The notes under the pieces: generated by a model
Told to the model about the DNA's origin: nothing
Databases searched by the model: none
Seen by the model: the letters and a program-made list of their open reading frames with translations, nothing else
Virus record (IMG/VR): IMGVR_UViG_3300005345_000001
Location: 16,507-80,506 of that record
Reading direction: 5' to 3' (one strand)
Source: a virus
Lineage: Duplodnaviria; Caudoviricetes
Length of the DNA stretch: 64,000 bases
Program-made: the position numbers and the translations under genes
Shown: piece by piece, positions 35,616-44,706 of the stretch
How the letters are laid out: the number at the start of each line of letters is the position of its first letter
Numbering within the stretch: position 1 is the first letter of the stretch

Positions 35616-36856
35616 GTTAGCTCGAAGATGTGTGCTAGCAGGTTGGTGTTGATTGGGTATTGGCTAGGCCTAATCCATTGCTCGTAATGGCGCTTGGCAT
35701 TGCCAGAGACGTGTTCGTGCAAGCTCTCATTAACGGTGCCGAAGTCGTGGTCCAAGATGTCCATCTCCTCTGAGAACGTCAGGTAATGTTCTCCGTCTGA
35801 CATCTCCGGGAAATACTTTTGGTCGTTGGTGCGCTCCGGCAAGATGTTCAGCGCTCCGGCAGAGGCGCCCTGCCAGAACCGCTGCGGCATGTAGATGGAG
35901 TGGATCCACTTTAAGTCAGATGTGAAGGCGATGCGGGCCAGCATTTCCTGGTGAGCCTTGTCGGTGATCCAATTGCCGTTTAGGAGCGTCTCCATCTCCT
36001 TCATATCTATGGGGCCGTGCTTCTTGCTGAACTGTTCAGCCATCCAATAGAATGAACGCGGGCAGCGATTGTTCCAGAAGCCAAGGTTTTCCAAGCTCCA
36101 CGTCTTATTGCCAGCATACGCTGGAGAAGTGCATAGGTCGGAAGCGTATTCGATATAGTCCGCTCTATTTCCACCCGCCTTGTAGATCGCCCTACAATAG
36201 TCGCAGAAGCGGAACTGTGGGTTCATGGCGTCAGAGAAATAAAACCCAAGCATCATGCCAGAGTTACAGTCCAACTTGCCAAGCCGCATGAGGAACATGG
36301 CCAGGATGATTCGCCGGGCATGCCCACCACCACGCAAGAGAACCTTCTGGCTACGTTGCGACCATGGCGTCCACGGGATGTCTGGTATTGGCTCCCATGG
36401 AACATAAGGCAGGGACTCTAGCCGGCCAGCCGTCAGCAGAAAGTGATACACCTCCCACTCCTTCTCCGGCAGGAATGGACAAGGCACCGGGCGAATAGTG
36501 AAGTCTGGGTCGACGACGAAGTCGGTGCTGTCGTTATGAATCGGAAGCCCACTGACCATGAATATCCTGTCGATAAGACCGATGCTCGGCGCATAGCGGA
36601 TAGCATTGGAGAAGTAGGAGGAGTCAGTGACATTGAACGTGGCGATGCGACAGCCGTTGTTCTTTAGCTTCAGGATGCGTTCTTCACTCAGATGGTCGGT
36701 TAAGATGACAACCGTAGCATCCTTGGCCTGGTCCAGGTTGGTGCACTCCTCTACCTTGATCGCGTGATCCCTGGCATAGGCCCGCATCGGATCGAAGAAC
36801 ATCCGACTGGCGTATTCGTTGTGGTAAGGCTTTGGATCGTAAACGAGATACGTCAT
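35612..36856 (-). CDS. Glycosyltransferase (GT-B, CgeB/Glyco_trans_1_2-like C-terminus)
   Basis: Start MTYLVYDPK at 36856 (ATGA overlap with the HNH stop); RFWQGASAGALNI...GEHYLTFSEE C-terminal pattern. Confidence 0.6.
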   Translation of the reverse strand: MTYLVYDPKPYHNEYASRMFFDPMRAYARDHAIKVEECTNLDQAKDATVVILTDHLSEERILKLKNNGCRIATFNVTDSSYFSNAIRYAPSIGLIDRIFMVSGLPIHNDSTDFVVDPDFTIRPVPCPFLPEKEWEVYHFLLTAGRLESLPYVPWEPIPDIPWTPWSQRSQKVLLRGGGHARRIILAMFLMRLGKLDCNSGMMLGFYFSDAMNPQFRFCDYCRAIYKAGGNRADYIEYASDLCTSPAYAGNKTWSLENLGFWNNRCPRSFYWMAEQFSKKHGPIDMKEMETLLNGNWITDKAHQEMLARIAFTSDLKWIHSIYMPQRFWQGASAGALNILPERTNDQKYFPEMSDGEHYLTFSEEMDILDHDFGTVNESLHEHVSGNAKRHYEQWIRPSQYPINTNLLAHIFELT

Positions 36857-37329
36857 TTGGTGTTTAACGTGGCGTGGATTCGGGATATATGGCGTAAGAA
36901 CTGATGCATCGTAAGATCGCGTTTCATCCAATTGCAGAGCCGGCAGCATGGCACTACGTTCCGGCGAGTGTAATCCTTGGCATTATCAATCCTATCCAAG
37001 CCAGAGCATGACCACGGCAACGGACCCCCACAATAGTGGCACGGCAGCTTGATCAAATTAGAGAATGTGCGGAAGCCAATGTTCCAAATAAATCCTCGCC
37101 TGGAAGCTAGCCTTATACTCCTAAGCCAGCGTGAACGTGGCTTGGCGTCCGATCGTTTCCTAACAGCTTCGCACTGATCGTGACGACGCTTACGGAACTC
37201 CTGATGATAGCGACGTGCATGTTTTAAGTTGCGTTTCCTCCAGATGCGATGCATCCGTGTTCGGTATGTCCTAAGCTTAACGCGATTCTTCTTCCACCAC
37301 GCTGCGCGAGTTGCGGCATATTGGGCCAT
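36853..37329 (-). CDS. HNH endonuclease
   Basis: CHYCGG...GLDRIDNAKDYTRRNVVPCCRLCNWMK. Confidence 0.9.
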   Translation of the reverse strand: MAQYAATRAAWWKKNRVKLRTYRTRMHRIWRKRNLKHARRYHQEFRKRRHDQCEAVRKRSDAKPRSRWLRSIRLASRRGFIWNIGFRTFSNLIKLPCHYCGGPLPWSCSGLDRIDNAKDYTRRNVVPCCRLCNWMKRDLTMHQFLRHISRIHATLNTK

Positions 37330-37862
37330 TACTTAACTCCTTCCACATTCAATGACATGAGCATCCCGTGTGTCTTATCGAGGTGAGGTAAGAAGGCTTG
37401 ACTGTAGTCATCGAACTCTTTGTGCTCGCTAACCTTCCAGTCCCATAGGCGGACATCCTTTAGGCCGGCTAACTCCATGTGTTCTTTGAGCGTGGGCCAA
37501 TTGAACACGACGAAATGATTATTCTTCGGATGGTTCTGGCCGCCGTAGAGCAAGCCTAGCAGTTCCTTTAGCTCTCCCGTCTCGGCATATCGAGCGCAGA
37601 TGGCGTCGAAGGATGGCACGGCCAGCCGCAATACCCCACCTGGCTTGAGCATGTCTGCCCAGTGATGGATGGTCGCCGTCACCATCCTCCGGTGCACATG
37701 CTCCAGGACGTGGCTGGCGTAGATGAGATCGAAGCTACCCGGGTCCCACGGCAGGCGCGTTAGGTCGCAGTAGAGATCTTGGTGATGAGTATCGAACAAG
37801 TCGATGTTGATGAAGCCGGGCAGATGCACCCGGCCGGCGCCGATATGGAGTTTCCTGGTCAT
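37329..37862 (-). CDS. Class I SAM-dependent methyltransferase (type 11-like)
   Basis: KLHIGAG...FINID...SFDLIYASHVLEH...LKPGGVLRLAVP. Confidence 0.9.
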   Translation of the reverse strand: MTRKLHIGAGRVHLPGFINIDLFDTHHQDLYCDLTRLPWDPGSFDLIYASHVLEHVHRRMVTATIHHWADMLKPGGVLRLAVPSFDAICARYAETGELKELLGLLYGGQNHPKNNHFVVFNWPTLKEHMELAGLKDVRLWDWKVSEHKEFDDYSQAFLPHLDKTHGMLMSLNVEGVK

Positions 37863-38482
37863 CCGATGAGCTTCTTGATCTCGTGGAAGATTTCAATCCT
37901 GCGCTGGATCCCAACCATGGTGAGGTGGGCGCACCAGTCGCCGGGCTGCCAGGGCTCTGGAACCTGCCCAGGACAAACCGCATCGGGCACAGCATTGAAC
38001 ATGCGCCGTGGCCAAATGTTGATGAACAGCCCCTCTGGCTTGTTCTTCACCCACTCTTGCCATGGCCCTTGCTCCTGGAATGGTTTGTCACGCCAGTCTG
38101 GTTCCATCGCTAGTACTTCTTCAAACATTGGGATGCAGTCCTGGTGGGCTACCCAACCGCAAGCGGAGAACTGCCATGGGTCAACGGCATCAGTGCCCCA
38201 ATCCTTGCTAGCCCAGAACCCATGTGCTGGGCTGACTGTCGGCGGCCTCTCTGGATTAGTTATCATCTGGTCGACATCTAGGTAGATGACACGCTCATAG
38301 TCCTTAAGCAGGTACAGCCCCCTGGCCACGCCAGTCCAGTAGATGTTCAGATCTCTCGGTGGATAGTTCCAAATGTGGTAAGCAATGTCATGTATGGCGG
38401 CATAGCCCTTCATCAGCGGCACAGTTAAATCGGCCAGCTGTTGATAGCCACCATCGTAGCCGGTGAAGAGGATTGTTTTCAT
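37859..38482 (-). CDS. Glycosyltransferase (GT34, GMA12/MNN10-like)
   Basis: Start MKTILFT at 38482; VIYLDVDQMITN DxD motif, EQG and FNA...GDWCAH motifs. Confidence 0.75.
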   Translation of the reverse strand: MKTILFTGYDGGYQQLADLTVPLMKGYAAIHDIAYHIWNYPPRDLNIYWTGVARGLYLLKDYERVIYLDVDQMITNPERPPTVSPAHGFWASKDWGTDAVDPWQFSACGWVAHQDCIPMFEEVLAMEPDWRDKPFQEQGPWQEWVKNKPEGLFINIWPRRMFNAVPDAVCPGQVPEPWQPGDWCAHLTMVGIQRRIEIFHEIKKLIG

Positions 38483-39225
38483 GGCGCCTGTCTGGTGAAC
38501 ATTGGTTCGCCTTTGCTCAGCCGTGCGTATTGGCTTTCGTTCCACTCCTTGTGCCCCGGCTGAGTGCGACGGAAATGCAAATGGAAGTGATCGTGAAACG
38601 GTCCACCCATATCATCCTGGGGATGGAACTCCGGGTCCTTGCCAGTGCGCCCATCGATAAGCCGCTCGTGCATCACGACGTTGGTCACGTAGTTAATCTC
38701 GGGCAGATTGCGCACGATGCGTAGTTGATGGTCGCGATTGTCTAACCAGTTCTGCGATGGATGCTTCATCGCAAAATCAAACCAATGCCGGCGCGTGGAG
38801 CGGATGGCCATGACGTGAGGATTGGCAATCAGGTTCTTGACGTGAGCGCCTTGGTTAATCACGTCGTCAGTCTTAATCACGGTTAGCTTCGGCTCCTGGA
38901 ATTTGGGATAGGACTCACTGCCTTCACAACGCATGACGTTGATTAACGGATGAAAGCGTTCATCAGCATCCAGGATGAACGCCCAGCTGCATCCACATTC
39001 ATGGATGAGCCGGGTGCGGATAGCTCCAAAGCCACGATTGATGTCATCAAAGACAATGGTGGTTCCGAACTGTTCACACAGCTCGATGGTCCCGTCAGTA
39101 GACTTGGTCCCGCCTGGCCCGCTGTGGATGATGAAGAGGTTATCGAAATAGCGGGCGCCAGTCTCCAATAGGCCTCGCAGGGCAGGCGCGTCTTGGTACA
39201 CGTTACAGCAAAGGGCGATACTCAT
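38479..39225 (-). CDS. Glycosyltransferase family 2
   Basis: SIALCCNVYQD...STDGTIELCEQFG...WAFILDADER. Confidence 0.88.
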   Translation of the reverse strand: MSIALCCNVYQDAPALRGLLETGARYFDNLFIIHSGPGGTKSTDGTIELCEQFGTTIVFDDINRGFGAIRTRLIHECGCSWAFILDADERFHPLINVMRCEGSESYPKFQEPKLTVIKTDDVINQGAHVKNLIANPHVMAIRSTRRHWFDFAMKHPSQNWLDNRDHQLRIVRNLPEINYVTNVVMHERLIDGRTGKDPEFHPQDDMGGPFHDHFHLHFRRTQPGHKEWNESQYARLSKGEPMFTRQAP

Positions 39226-39725
39226 TAACGAATGAACTCGTGGCGAGTGGTTAAGCTTTTCTTAGGAAATTCTGGATGAGAGCAATCCGGACATGTCCAG
39301 CCGTGTTTTACTGACTTGTTAATCCCTGTTTGTTTCATGTGGAAAACCCCACAACAAGTCAGGCATTGAATATACCAAACATGTTCGTAGCATCGCTTTA
39401 TTCGCATGCCGCGTGGTGACCAGCCTTCACCGACCCACCATGCGGGCTTTGTTTGTCGGCGTTGGCATCTGTGAATTCCATTATCCCTTCGCTCGCAGTA
39501 CCCGATGACAACAACTCCTGAAAATTTCTGGCCGATCCTATTATCAACTCCTGTTGGGGGTTGTTTAGTCAAATCCACCCACGCTCTACTGCTGATAATC
39601 GAGTTCAGTTGGGCCAGTGCAGGTTCGGCCTCTGGACACTTGGCCCACCACGGGGACTTCATTAGCAGCTTGGCGGCTTGATAGTTTGCGGGCTTTCTAA
39701 CGATATCCGACGCAAGAACACTCAT
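39225..39725 (-). CDS. Hypothetical Cys-rich protein (zinc-binding?)
   Basis: CLTCCG and CPDC motifs; coupled to its neighbours. Confidence 0.5.
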   Translation of the reverse strand: MSVLASDIVRKPANYQAAKLLMKSPWWAKCPEAEPALAQLNSIISSRAWVDLTKQPPTGVDNRIGQKFSGVVVIGYCERRDNGIHRCQRRQTKPAWWVGEGWSPRGMRIKRCYEHVWYIQCLTCCGVFHMKQTGINKSVKHGWTCPDCSHPEFPKKSLTTRHEFIR

Positions 39726-40486
39726 AGATCAGGCAATTCCACTTCGTTCTTCCACCAGTGTGTTACCCCCTTGCGGAACACCAAACAGTTGGGACCGGCG
39801 GGCCACACCTCTAGCAGGATGTTCTTCTTTAACCCCTCCGCGATGGCGTGTGGGCAGGATTGGTTACCGACGAATAGGTCAGCCCCGGCGATGACCTTGG
39901 CTGCTTCATAGAGGTTCTCGGTTGGGTGATGAGGCACCTCGCCACACGTTAGGCAGAACACCCGATGCTCCTCTGGGGTGCCGACGAACACAGCTTGGCT
40001 GGCATACTTGCGCCACACCTTGTGCCACGGGAAGGTTGGGTGGTGATAAACATGATGGGATGCCCGCCCTGGTCCCGCCCGTGAGATCACCACTGGCGCC
40101 ACCCGCTTTGGCGTCACCGTTAGCCAGGCCTCATCCATGACGCTATGTGGTAGGCCGTGCGCCTCAGCCATCCAGTGGCTCAGATGTTTCTCCAGGAACG
40201 GGCCAGCCATGTGTGGCTTACGCAGCACGTCATGCATTCTTGCCCTGAAGTCGTTCAGATTATAATGGGCGCGTTCTCGCCTCCATTCGCGCACATCGTT
40301 GATATAGGGTTGGGCTTTGAATAGTAAATCTATCCCGCACCATTTATCCGGTGTGAGCATCACTCGTGTGTAGCTGGCTGCTTCAATCAAATAATCGCCA
40401 CCACCGAAGGCGCGAACGATCGGGAGCGTAAATACGCAATCGCCCAGATCCCCCGCACAGCGAAATGTCAGGATGTCACGAGACAT
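39722..40486 (-). CDS. Glycosyltransferase family 9-like (heptosyltransferase-like)
   Basis: AGDLGDCVFTLP N-terminal motif and LYEAAKVIAGADLFVGNQSCPHAIAE C-terminal motif. Confidence 0.8.
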   Translation of the reverse strand: MSRDILTFRCAGDLGDCVFTLPIVRAFGGGDYLIEAASYTRVMLTPDKWCGIDLLFKAQPYINDVREWRRERAHYNLNDFRARMHDVLRKPHMAGPFLEKHLSHWMAEAHGLPHSVMDEAWLTVTPKRVAPVVISRAGPGRASHHVYHHPTFPWHKVWRKYASQAVFVGTPEEHRVFCLTCGEVPHHPTENLYEAAKVIAGADLFVGNQSCPHAIAEGLKKNILLEVWPAGPNCLVFRKGVTHWWKNEVELPDL

Positions 40487-40949
40487 ATTGTATCTCGTTG
40501 AGCCTGGCTACTATCCTGCTAGTGCTATGGTCTGACACCATTGGGAACAACACGATGTTGGCGCCGACATCCAGCGCTGCTGCCACTTCCGCTTTGTCCA
40601 GCGTCTCCATCGTATACGACCCGCCCTTCACCCAGTAATTGGGCTGCACCAATTTGATGGCGCCATCGACCCGGTCGCTATCGATGATGAACACATGCCG
40701 CACTGCCTGGAAGGCAGCCACAACTCGGCAACGGTCATGCTCGTTGTTAATCGGACGGCTTGGCCCTTTGAGTCGGGCGACCGCCGCATCACTGTTGATG
40801 CCAACGAACACCGCACCCAATGAAGCAGCATGCTCAAAGAGCGCGACGTGGCCCACGTGGATGATATCAAAACAGCCGCTCACCAGCACGACCCATTGAT
40901 AGTCCTGCGCCTTCTCGGCGATGTGCCGGCCGGAGAGCAGCTTGCTCAT
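40476..40949 (-). CDS. RfaE domain II/HldE-type sugar-1-phosphate (heptose) adenylyltransferase
   Basis: SGCFDIIHVGH (HxGH), GINSDAAVARLKGPSRPIN, VKGGSY, HSTSRIV. Confidence 0.9.
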   Translation of the reverse strand: MSKLLSGRHIAEKAQDYQWVVLVSGCFDIIHVGHVALFEHAASLGAVFVGINSDAAVARLKGPSRPINNEHDRCRVVAAFQAVRHVFIIDSDRVDGAIKLVQPNYWVKGGSYTMETLDKAEVAAALDVGANIVLFPMVSDHSTSRIVARLNEIQYVS

Positions 40950-41170
40950 ATCGACTGGACATCCAGTGCTCGTGGCCCCTTTTCGTTATTGGCGGGCGTA
41001 AACGTGACAGCCTGCGATTCGTGCAGGCTCCGATATCCACCATCGGTCCCGGCGATGGCGCTGTAGTGAACGAAGTATTCGTTGTTGTTGTGGTCCAGGA
41101 TGAAGCCAAAGCCCTTCTTGTTGTCGAACCATTTGACAACGCCATACATACGTTCGGCGGGCTGGCCCAT
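40946..41170 (-). CDS. Cold-shock domain protein
   Basis: GVVKWFDNKKGFGFI (RNP1), YFVHYSAI (RNP2), GPRALDV. Confidence 0.95.
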   Translation of the reverse strand: MGQPAERMYGVVKWFDNKKGFGFILDHNNNEYFVHYSAIAGTDGGYRSLHESQAVTFTPANNEKGPRALDVQSI

Positions 41171-41172
41171 GT

Positions 41173-41538
41173 TCAACTGTGATCGCTTTGCCATTTGGGG
41201 CTGGTGGGTTTGTTTGAGCGAACCTTGCTGGGCCCTATGACCCAGCATTCATCGCAGTTCACCGTGACGAAATCTTTGCCGCCTTTCTTCCCCATCAGGA
41301 AATGGTAGCCGTGGGCCCGACCATGGCGGATGTCACCGATGGTGAAGATGAGGCCGTAGTTGATGTTCTCGTTATTGATGATTTGCACCACATCGTTAAT
41401 AGAAGGCTCCTGGCGGAGGGAGGAGGACGGTGGGCTTGGACGCGGGGAGCGCAATCGTCGTGGTGTCGGAGTAGGTGGGCTTTCTGGCGGCATCGGCATC
41501 GCCGTGGGAATAGGATCCGGAAGCATAATCGAATGCAT
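41173..41538 (-). CDS. Hypothetical protein (start uncertain; overlaps the recombinase 3' end)
   Basis: Protein-like from PSINDVVQII onward; the 5' part overlaps the recombinase in another frame. Confidence 0.4.
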   Translation of the reverse strand: MHSIMLPDPIPTAMPMPPESPPTPTPRRLRSPRPSPPSSSLRQEPSINDVVQIINNENINYGLIFTIGDIRHGRAHGYHFLMGKKGGKDFVTVNCDECWVIGPSKVRSNKPTSPKWQSDHS

Positions 41539-42481
41539 TTTGGAGTGTGTCTTGGAGGGAGCGACGGTCCGGTTGTAGGTACATCAAGGCCGTGCGCATA
41601 CTTTTGTGGCCAGTCATCGTGCAGATGAGGCTGTGCTGGCCACCGGAATTAACGAGGTTAGAGATGAAGGTGTTGCGCAGATTCTGGAAGCTGCGTCCTT
41701 TGTGGCGAATTCCGCACTGCTTATAGAGACGGCGGAATTCCAGTTGGACCGTGCCACAATCATTCGCATCTGCCTCAAATAATCCAGGAGCATCCTGGTG
41801 AACGAAGTCAGTGATACCGTCGAAACGTTTGTAGTTGAGATGTTCTACGGCTTTAAGGCGAAGAAGCCAGTCGTGCACATCGGTGCCGGGAATGATTGGG
41901 ATACGACACAATCCATTGGCCCCGTGGTGGGCGAGTTTAATGCGATAATGATCGATGAAGCATGGGCCATTGTTATTGAGATGCACATCGCGCCAACGCA
42001 GGTAAGAGCAATCCCTCAGGCTCATCCCAGTCCGATAACCTAAAATCCACAGCCATAAATGCAGCTGCCAGCGCGGTTTGTTGGCTAAGAATGTTTTGAA
42101 CTGTTCATATTCCTGGTGGGTCCAGAGTGGGTTAATGACGGGCGGCCGTGGCAACAACTTCACCGCCTTGGACATGTCGACGTAAACGTAGTGGCAATCA
42201 TAAAGCCACTTGAGGAAGCTACGCACCTTGGTCGCAACCCGATTGTAACTGTTGCGATTGGGATACTTCTTGTGCAGGTGCTCGATGAACTCGCCCAGCA
42301 CTTTATAGTCCAGCCGCTTGCCATCGGCAAACGGGATGAACTGGCGGGCGGCGTGGTTGTATTGTTCTTTGTGGGACTTGCTAATGATCAGCTTGGCGGT
42401 CATGTAGCGAGCCCACAGATATTTGCAGTCTACCTTCTTGGCGTAGGCTTGAACGACGGGGGCCAGAACTTCAATTGACAT
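41396..42481 (-). CDS. Tyrosine recombinase/integrase family protein with non-canonical catalytic residues
   Basis: SAM-like N-domain, TGMSLRD (Arg I to Ser), RIK, FQNLRNTF (His to Gln), GH, LMY. Confidence 0.85.
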   Translation of the reverse strand: MSIEVLAPVVQAYAKKVDCKYLWARYMTAKLIISKSHKEQYNHAARQFIPFADGKRLDYKVLGEFIEHLHKKYPNRNSYNRVATKVRSFLKWLYDCHYVYVDMSKAVKLLPRPPVINPLWTHQEYEQFKTFLANKPRWQLHLWLWILGYRTGMSLRDCSYLRWRDVHLNNNGPCFIDHYRIKLAHHGANGLCRIPIIPGTDVHDWLLRLKAVEHLNYKRFDGITDFVHQDAPGLFEADANDCGTVQLEFRRLYKQCGIRHKGRSFQNLRNTFISNLVNSGGQHSLICTMTGHKSMRTALMYLQPDRRSLQDTLQNAFDYASGSYSHGDADAARKPTYSDTTTIALPASKPTVLLPPPGAFY

Positions 42482-42827
42482 ACGACCTGGCTATTCTTTT
42501 GATGAGTTTTGCGGTTTGTCCGTTTTTCTTTGACTTGGCCAGATGCCTCATCCGGTCAACGCCACCCCGACCCAACGCGCTTTTGATGAGCGTGCGATAC
42601 TGATGGCGCTCGCTCCACTTCAGGCCGCAAGCTTCCATCCACTGGTCCACGTCATCTGCGTGACCGGCCCACGTGGAGGCTAACGACAACCGGGCAACCT
42701 TGCCCCGGCTCCAGCCGCTCCGCCTGGCCAACTCAACATCGGTAAAGCAGCCGGCACGGTCTTTGCGCTTGGCCATGATCCGGCAGATGTTGGGCGGCAA
42801 ACGATCCAAGTCTTCCAGATGGGTCAT
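42471..42827 (-). CDS. Putative HTH DNA-binding protein
   Basis: TDVELARRSGWSRGKVARL helix-turn-helix-like segment. Confidence 0.55.
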   Translation of the reverse strand: MTHLEDLDRLPPNICRIMAKRKDRAGCFTDVELARRSGWSRGKVARLSLASTWAGHADDVDQWMEACGLKWSERHQYRTLIKSALGRGGVDRMRHLAKSKKNGQTAKLIKRIARSYVN

Positions 42828-42880
42828 TGGCAGCGTCCTAACGTATTGTCTTTTGCAGGCAATGATGTCAAAGGTTTTCC

Positions 42881-44176
42881 ATGGATAACCGTAAAACTAC
42901 GGACGAGCAACTCTTAACCCTCAACACTCTGGGGGACGTGGAACTGTGGTATGCCCAGGGCCAGGACGGTTCCTGGTCGCTGCCTGTTTACGTCCAGTGG
43001 ATGGTCGACAGTTCAACCGGCAAAGATTACGGCTGCATCGATCCAGCCTGTGGCCTTTATTATTCCCAGCTGCTCACGCTGCGGGCGCTGTTCGAAGCGC
43101 ACGAGCTGGCACACAAAGAGGACTGGTGGCTCCTGCCTCGTCGGGGGGCAGAGGCAGTGCTGCGCAAGGCGCCTGGCTGCACCGTCGCTTACTATTACAA
43201 ATGGCCCGACGCTGCCTGTCCGCTCATCCCGCCAAAGCGTCCACGCTTCCAGCATTTCATCCGGGAGGTGCCGGAGTCCAAGACGCCATGGCTCCCCAAA
43301 CAATTCGTGCAGCACGTCGCCAAGACTCATTCCCTGCCCTCTGGGGTGGTGGGCCTGGTCATGGAAGCCATCGCCAAGGAGGCGCCCGAATGGATGGTCA
43401 AGCAGCGCCAACACCTGGACTTGGGCTTCTGTCGGTTGATGGCTCTGCCTTTCCGGGTGAACTGGAAACAGATCGTGGCTTTCAAGTGCGACAAGTTTAA
43501 GCTGGGTGCGATCTTTAAGAAGCCTTCCGCCCAGATGCTGGCGGATTTAGAAACAATTGGCATGCCAAACATTCTTTGCTCGACCCACAACCTAGCCTTG
43601 AAACATGGTGGGCGACTGGACTATTGCTTGGAAGCCATCCCCTCGCCGGCCTTTGAAAAGGCCGTGGCAAAGATCGAAGAGCAGAGGATGGCCACCGGCC
43701 CGTCGACATACATCGCGCTATTCGAAGATGCTGTTGAAAAACTCTATCGGCCTATTGTGTCGGCCCTGGCCTACTGGTGGAGCAAAGCTCGTGCGCCGTT
43801 TGCGGAGATTCGCCAAGGCGGTAGTGCTGGGGTCAATCGCTTATGGCCGGTTGGAGCCAAGCAGGTGGAAGTTCGCGGGATGGATCTGGCTTCATTACCC
43901 GTCTGTGTTGTGGCGACTGATAGCCGTTTCAGTGTCCTGGGAGAAAAGAGTGACCCCGTCCTTATACAAGCGCAGGCTGATGCGGTGCAGAAAATGCGTG
44001 ATCTTTCACCGGCCACTGATGACTTGTGGAAATCCTCTAACTGGCGAGCGCGTCTACGAAAACGGGAAGCCCTCGCCAATGGGGTGCCTATGCTACATGC
44101 CGATGAAAGCGCTGTTCCCGGGGAACCAGTGTTACTTATCCCTGAGAATTCCGGGGGAGGGATGGAGGGACCATGA
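42881..44176 (+). CDS. Hypothetical protein with an HU/IHF-like internal segment
   Basis: KQFVQHVAKTHSLPSGVVGLVMEAIAKEAPEWMVKQRQHLDLGFCRLMALPFR follows the HU helix-helix-beta pattern. Confidence 0.5.
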   Translation: MDNRKTTDEQLLTLNTLGDVELWYAQGQDGSWSLPVYVQWMVDSSTGKDYGCIDPACGLYYSQLLTLRALFEAHELAHKEDWWLLPRRGAEAVLRKAPGCTVAYYYKWPDAACPLIPPKRPRFQHFIREVPESKTPWLPKQFVQHVAKTHSLPSGVVGLVMEAIAKEAPEWMVKQRQHLDLGFCRLMALPFRVNWKQIVAFKCDKFKLGAIFKKPSAQMLADLETIGMPNILCSTHNLALKHGGRLDYCLEAIPSPAFEKAVAKIEEQRMATGPSTYIALFEDAVEKLYRPIVSALAYWWSKARAPFAEIRQGGSAGVNRLWPVGAKQVEVRGMDLASLPVCVVATDSRFSVLGEKSDPVLIQAQADAVQKMRDLSPATDDLWKSSNWRARLRKREALANGVPMLHADESAVPGEPVLLIPENSGGGMEGP

Positions 44177-44706
44177 CATCGGATGATAATGGAAACGGGC
44201 AGGTACCTTTAGCCATCGTTCATCAGCAGGACCATGGACAGGCCATCGCCATCCGGGCCAAGGAACGGGCTGCCGCAGCCATGGTTAAGGCCAAGACTTT
44301 CGAACAGTTCGGGATGAAAGTCATCAGGGTGAAGGCCAAGGCAGAGGCGGCCATTGGCAAATATGCTCAGCAGATGGGCATTAAACAGATGGGCCACGGC
44401 AAGGTGGTGATTGTGGGGGATATCGCTCGGGAAGCTATTGATACGATCACCGACATTATCGAAGAGATGCGGGCCCGGGTGCCGCCGTGTGACCCGGAGA
44501 TCATTTTGGAATTACTACAAACGCAGAGGGATTTCTCGCGGCTCCTTTTGGACACAGGCCAGGCGCATCTTCAGGCCGATCGCAATGCCAATGCAGCCAG
44601 CGATGCGGGCAAGATTGCTATTCCGTTTGCGCAGGGGACCCCGCTAATGGTAGCAATAGGCAAGAGCCCAACTGAAATCACGCAAGAAGTAGAGGATAAA
44701 ACATGA
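44173..44706 (+). CDS. Hypothetical helical protein
   Basis: 177 aa, ATGA-coupled on both sides. Confidence 0.65.
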   Translation: MTSDDNGNGQVPLAIVHQQDHGQAIAIRAKERAAAAMVKAKTFEQFGMKVIRVKAKAEAAIGKYAQQMGIKQMGHGKVVIVGDIAREAIDTITDIIEEMRARVPPCDPEIILELLQTQRDFSRLLLDTGQAHLQADRNANAASDAGKIAIPFAQGTPLMVAIGKSPTEITQEVEDKT

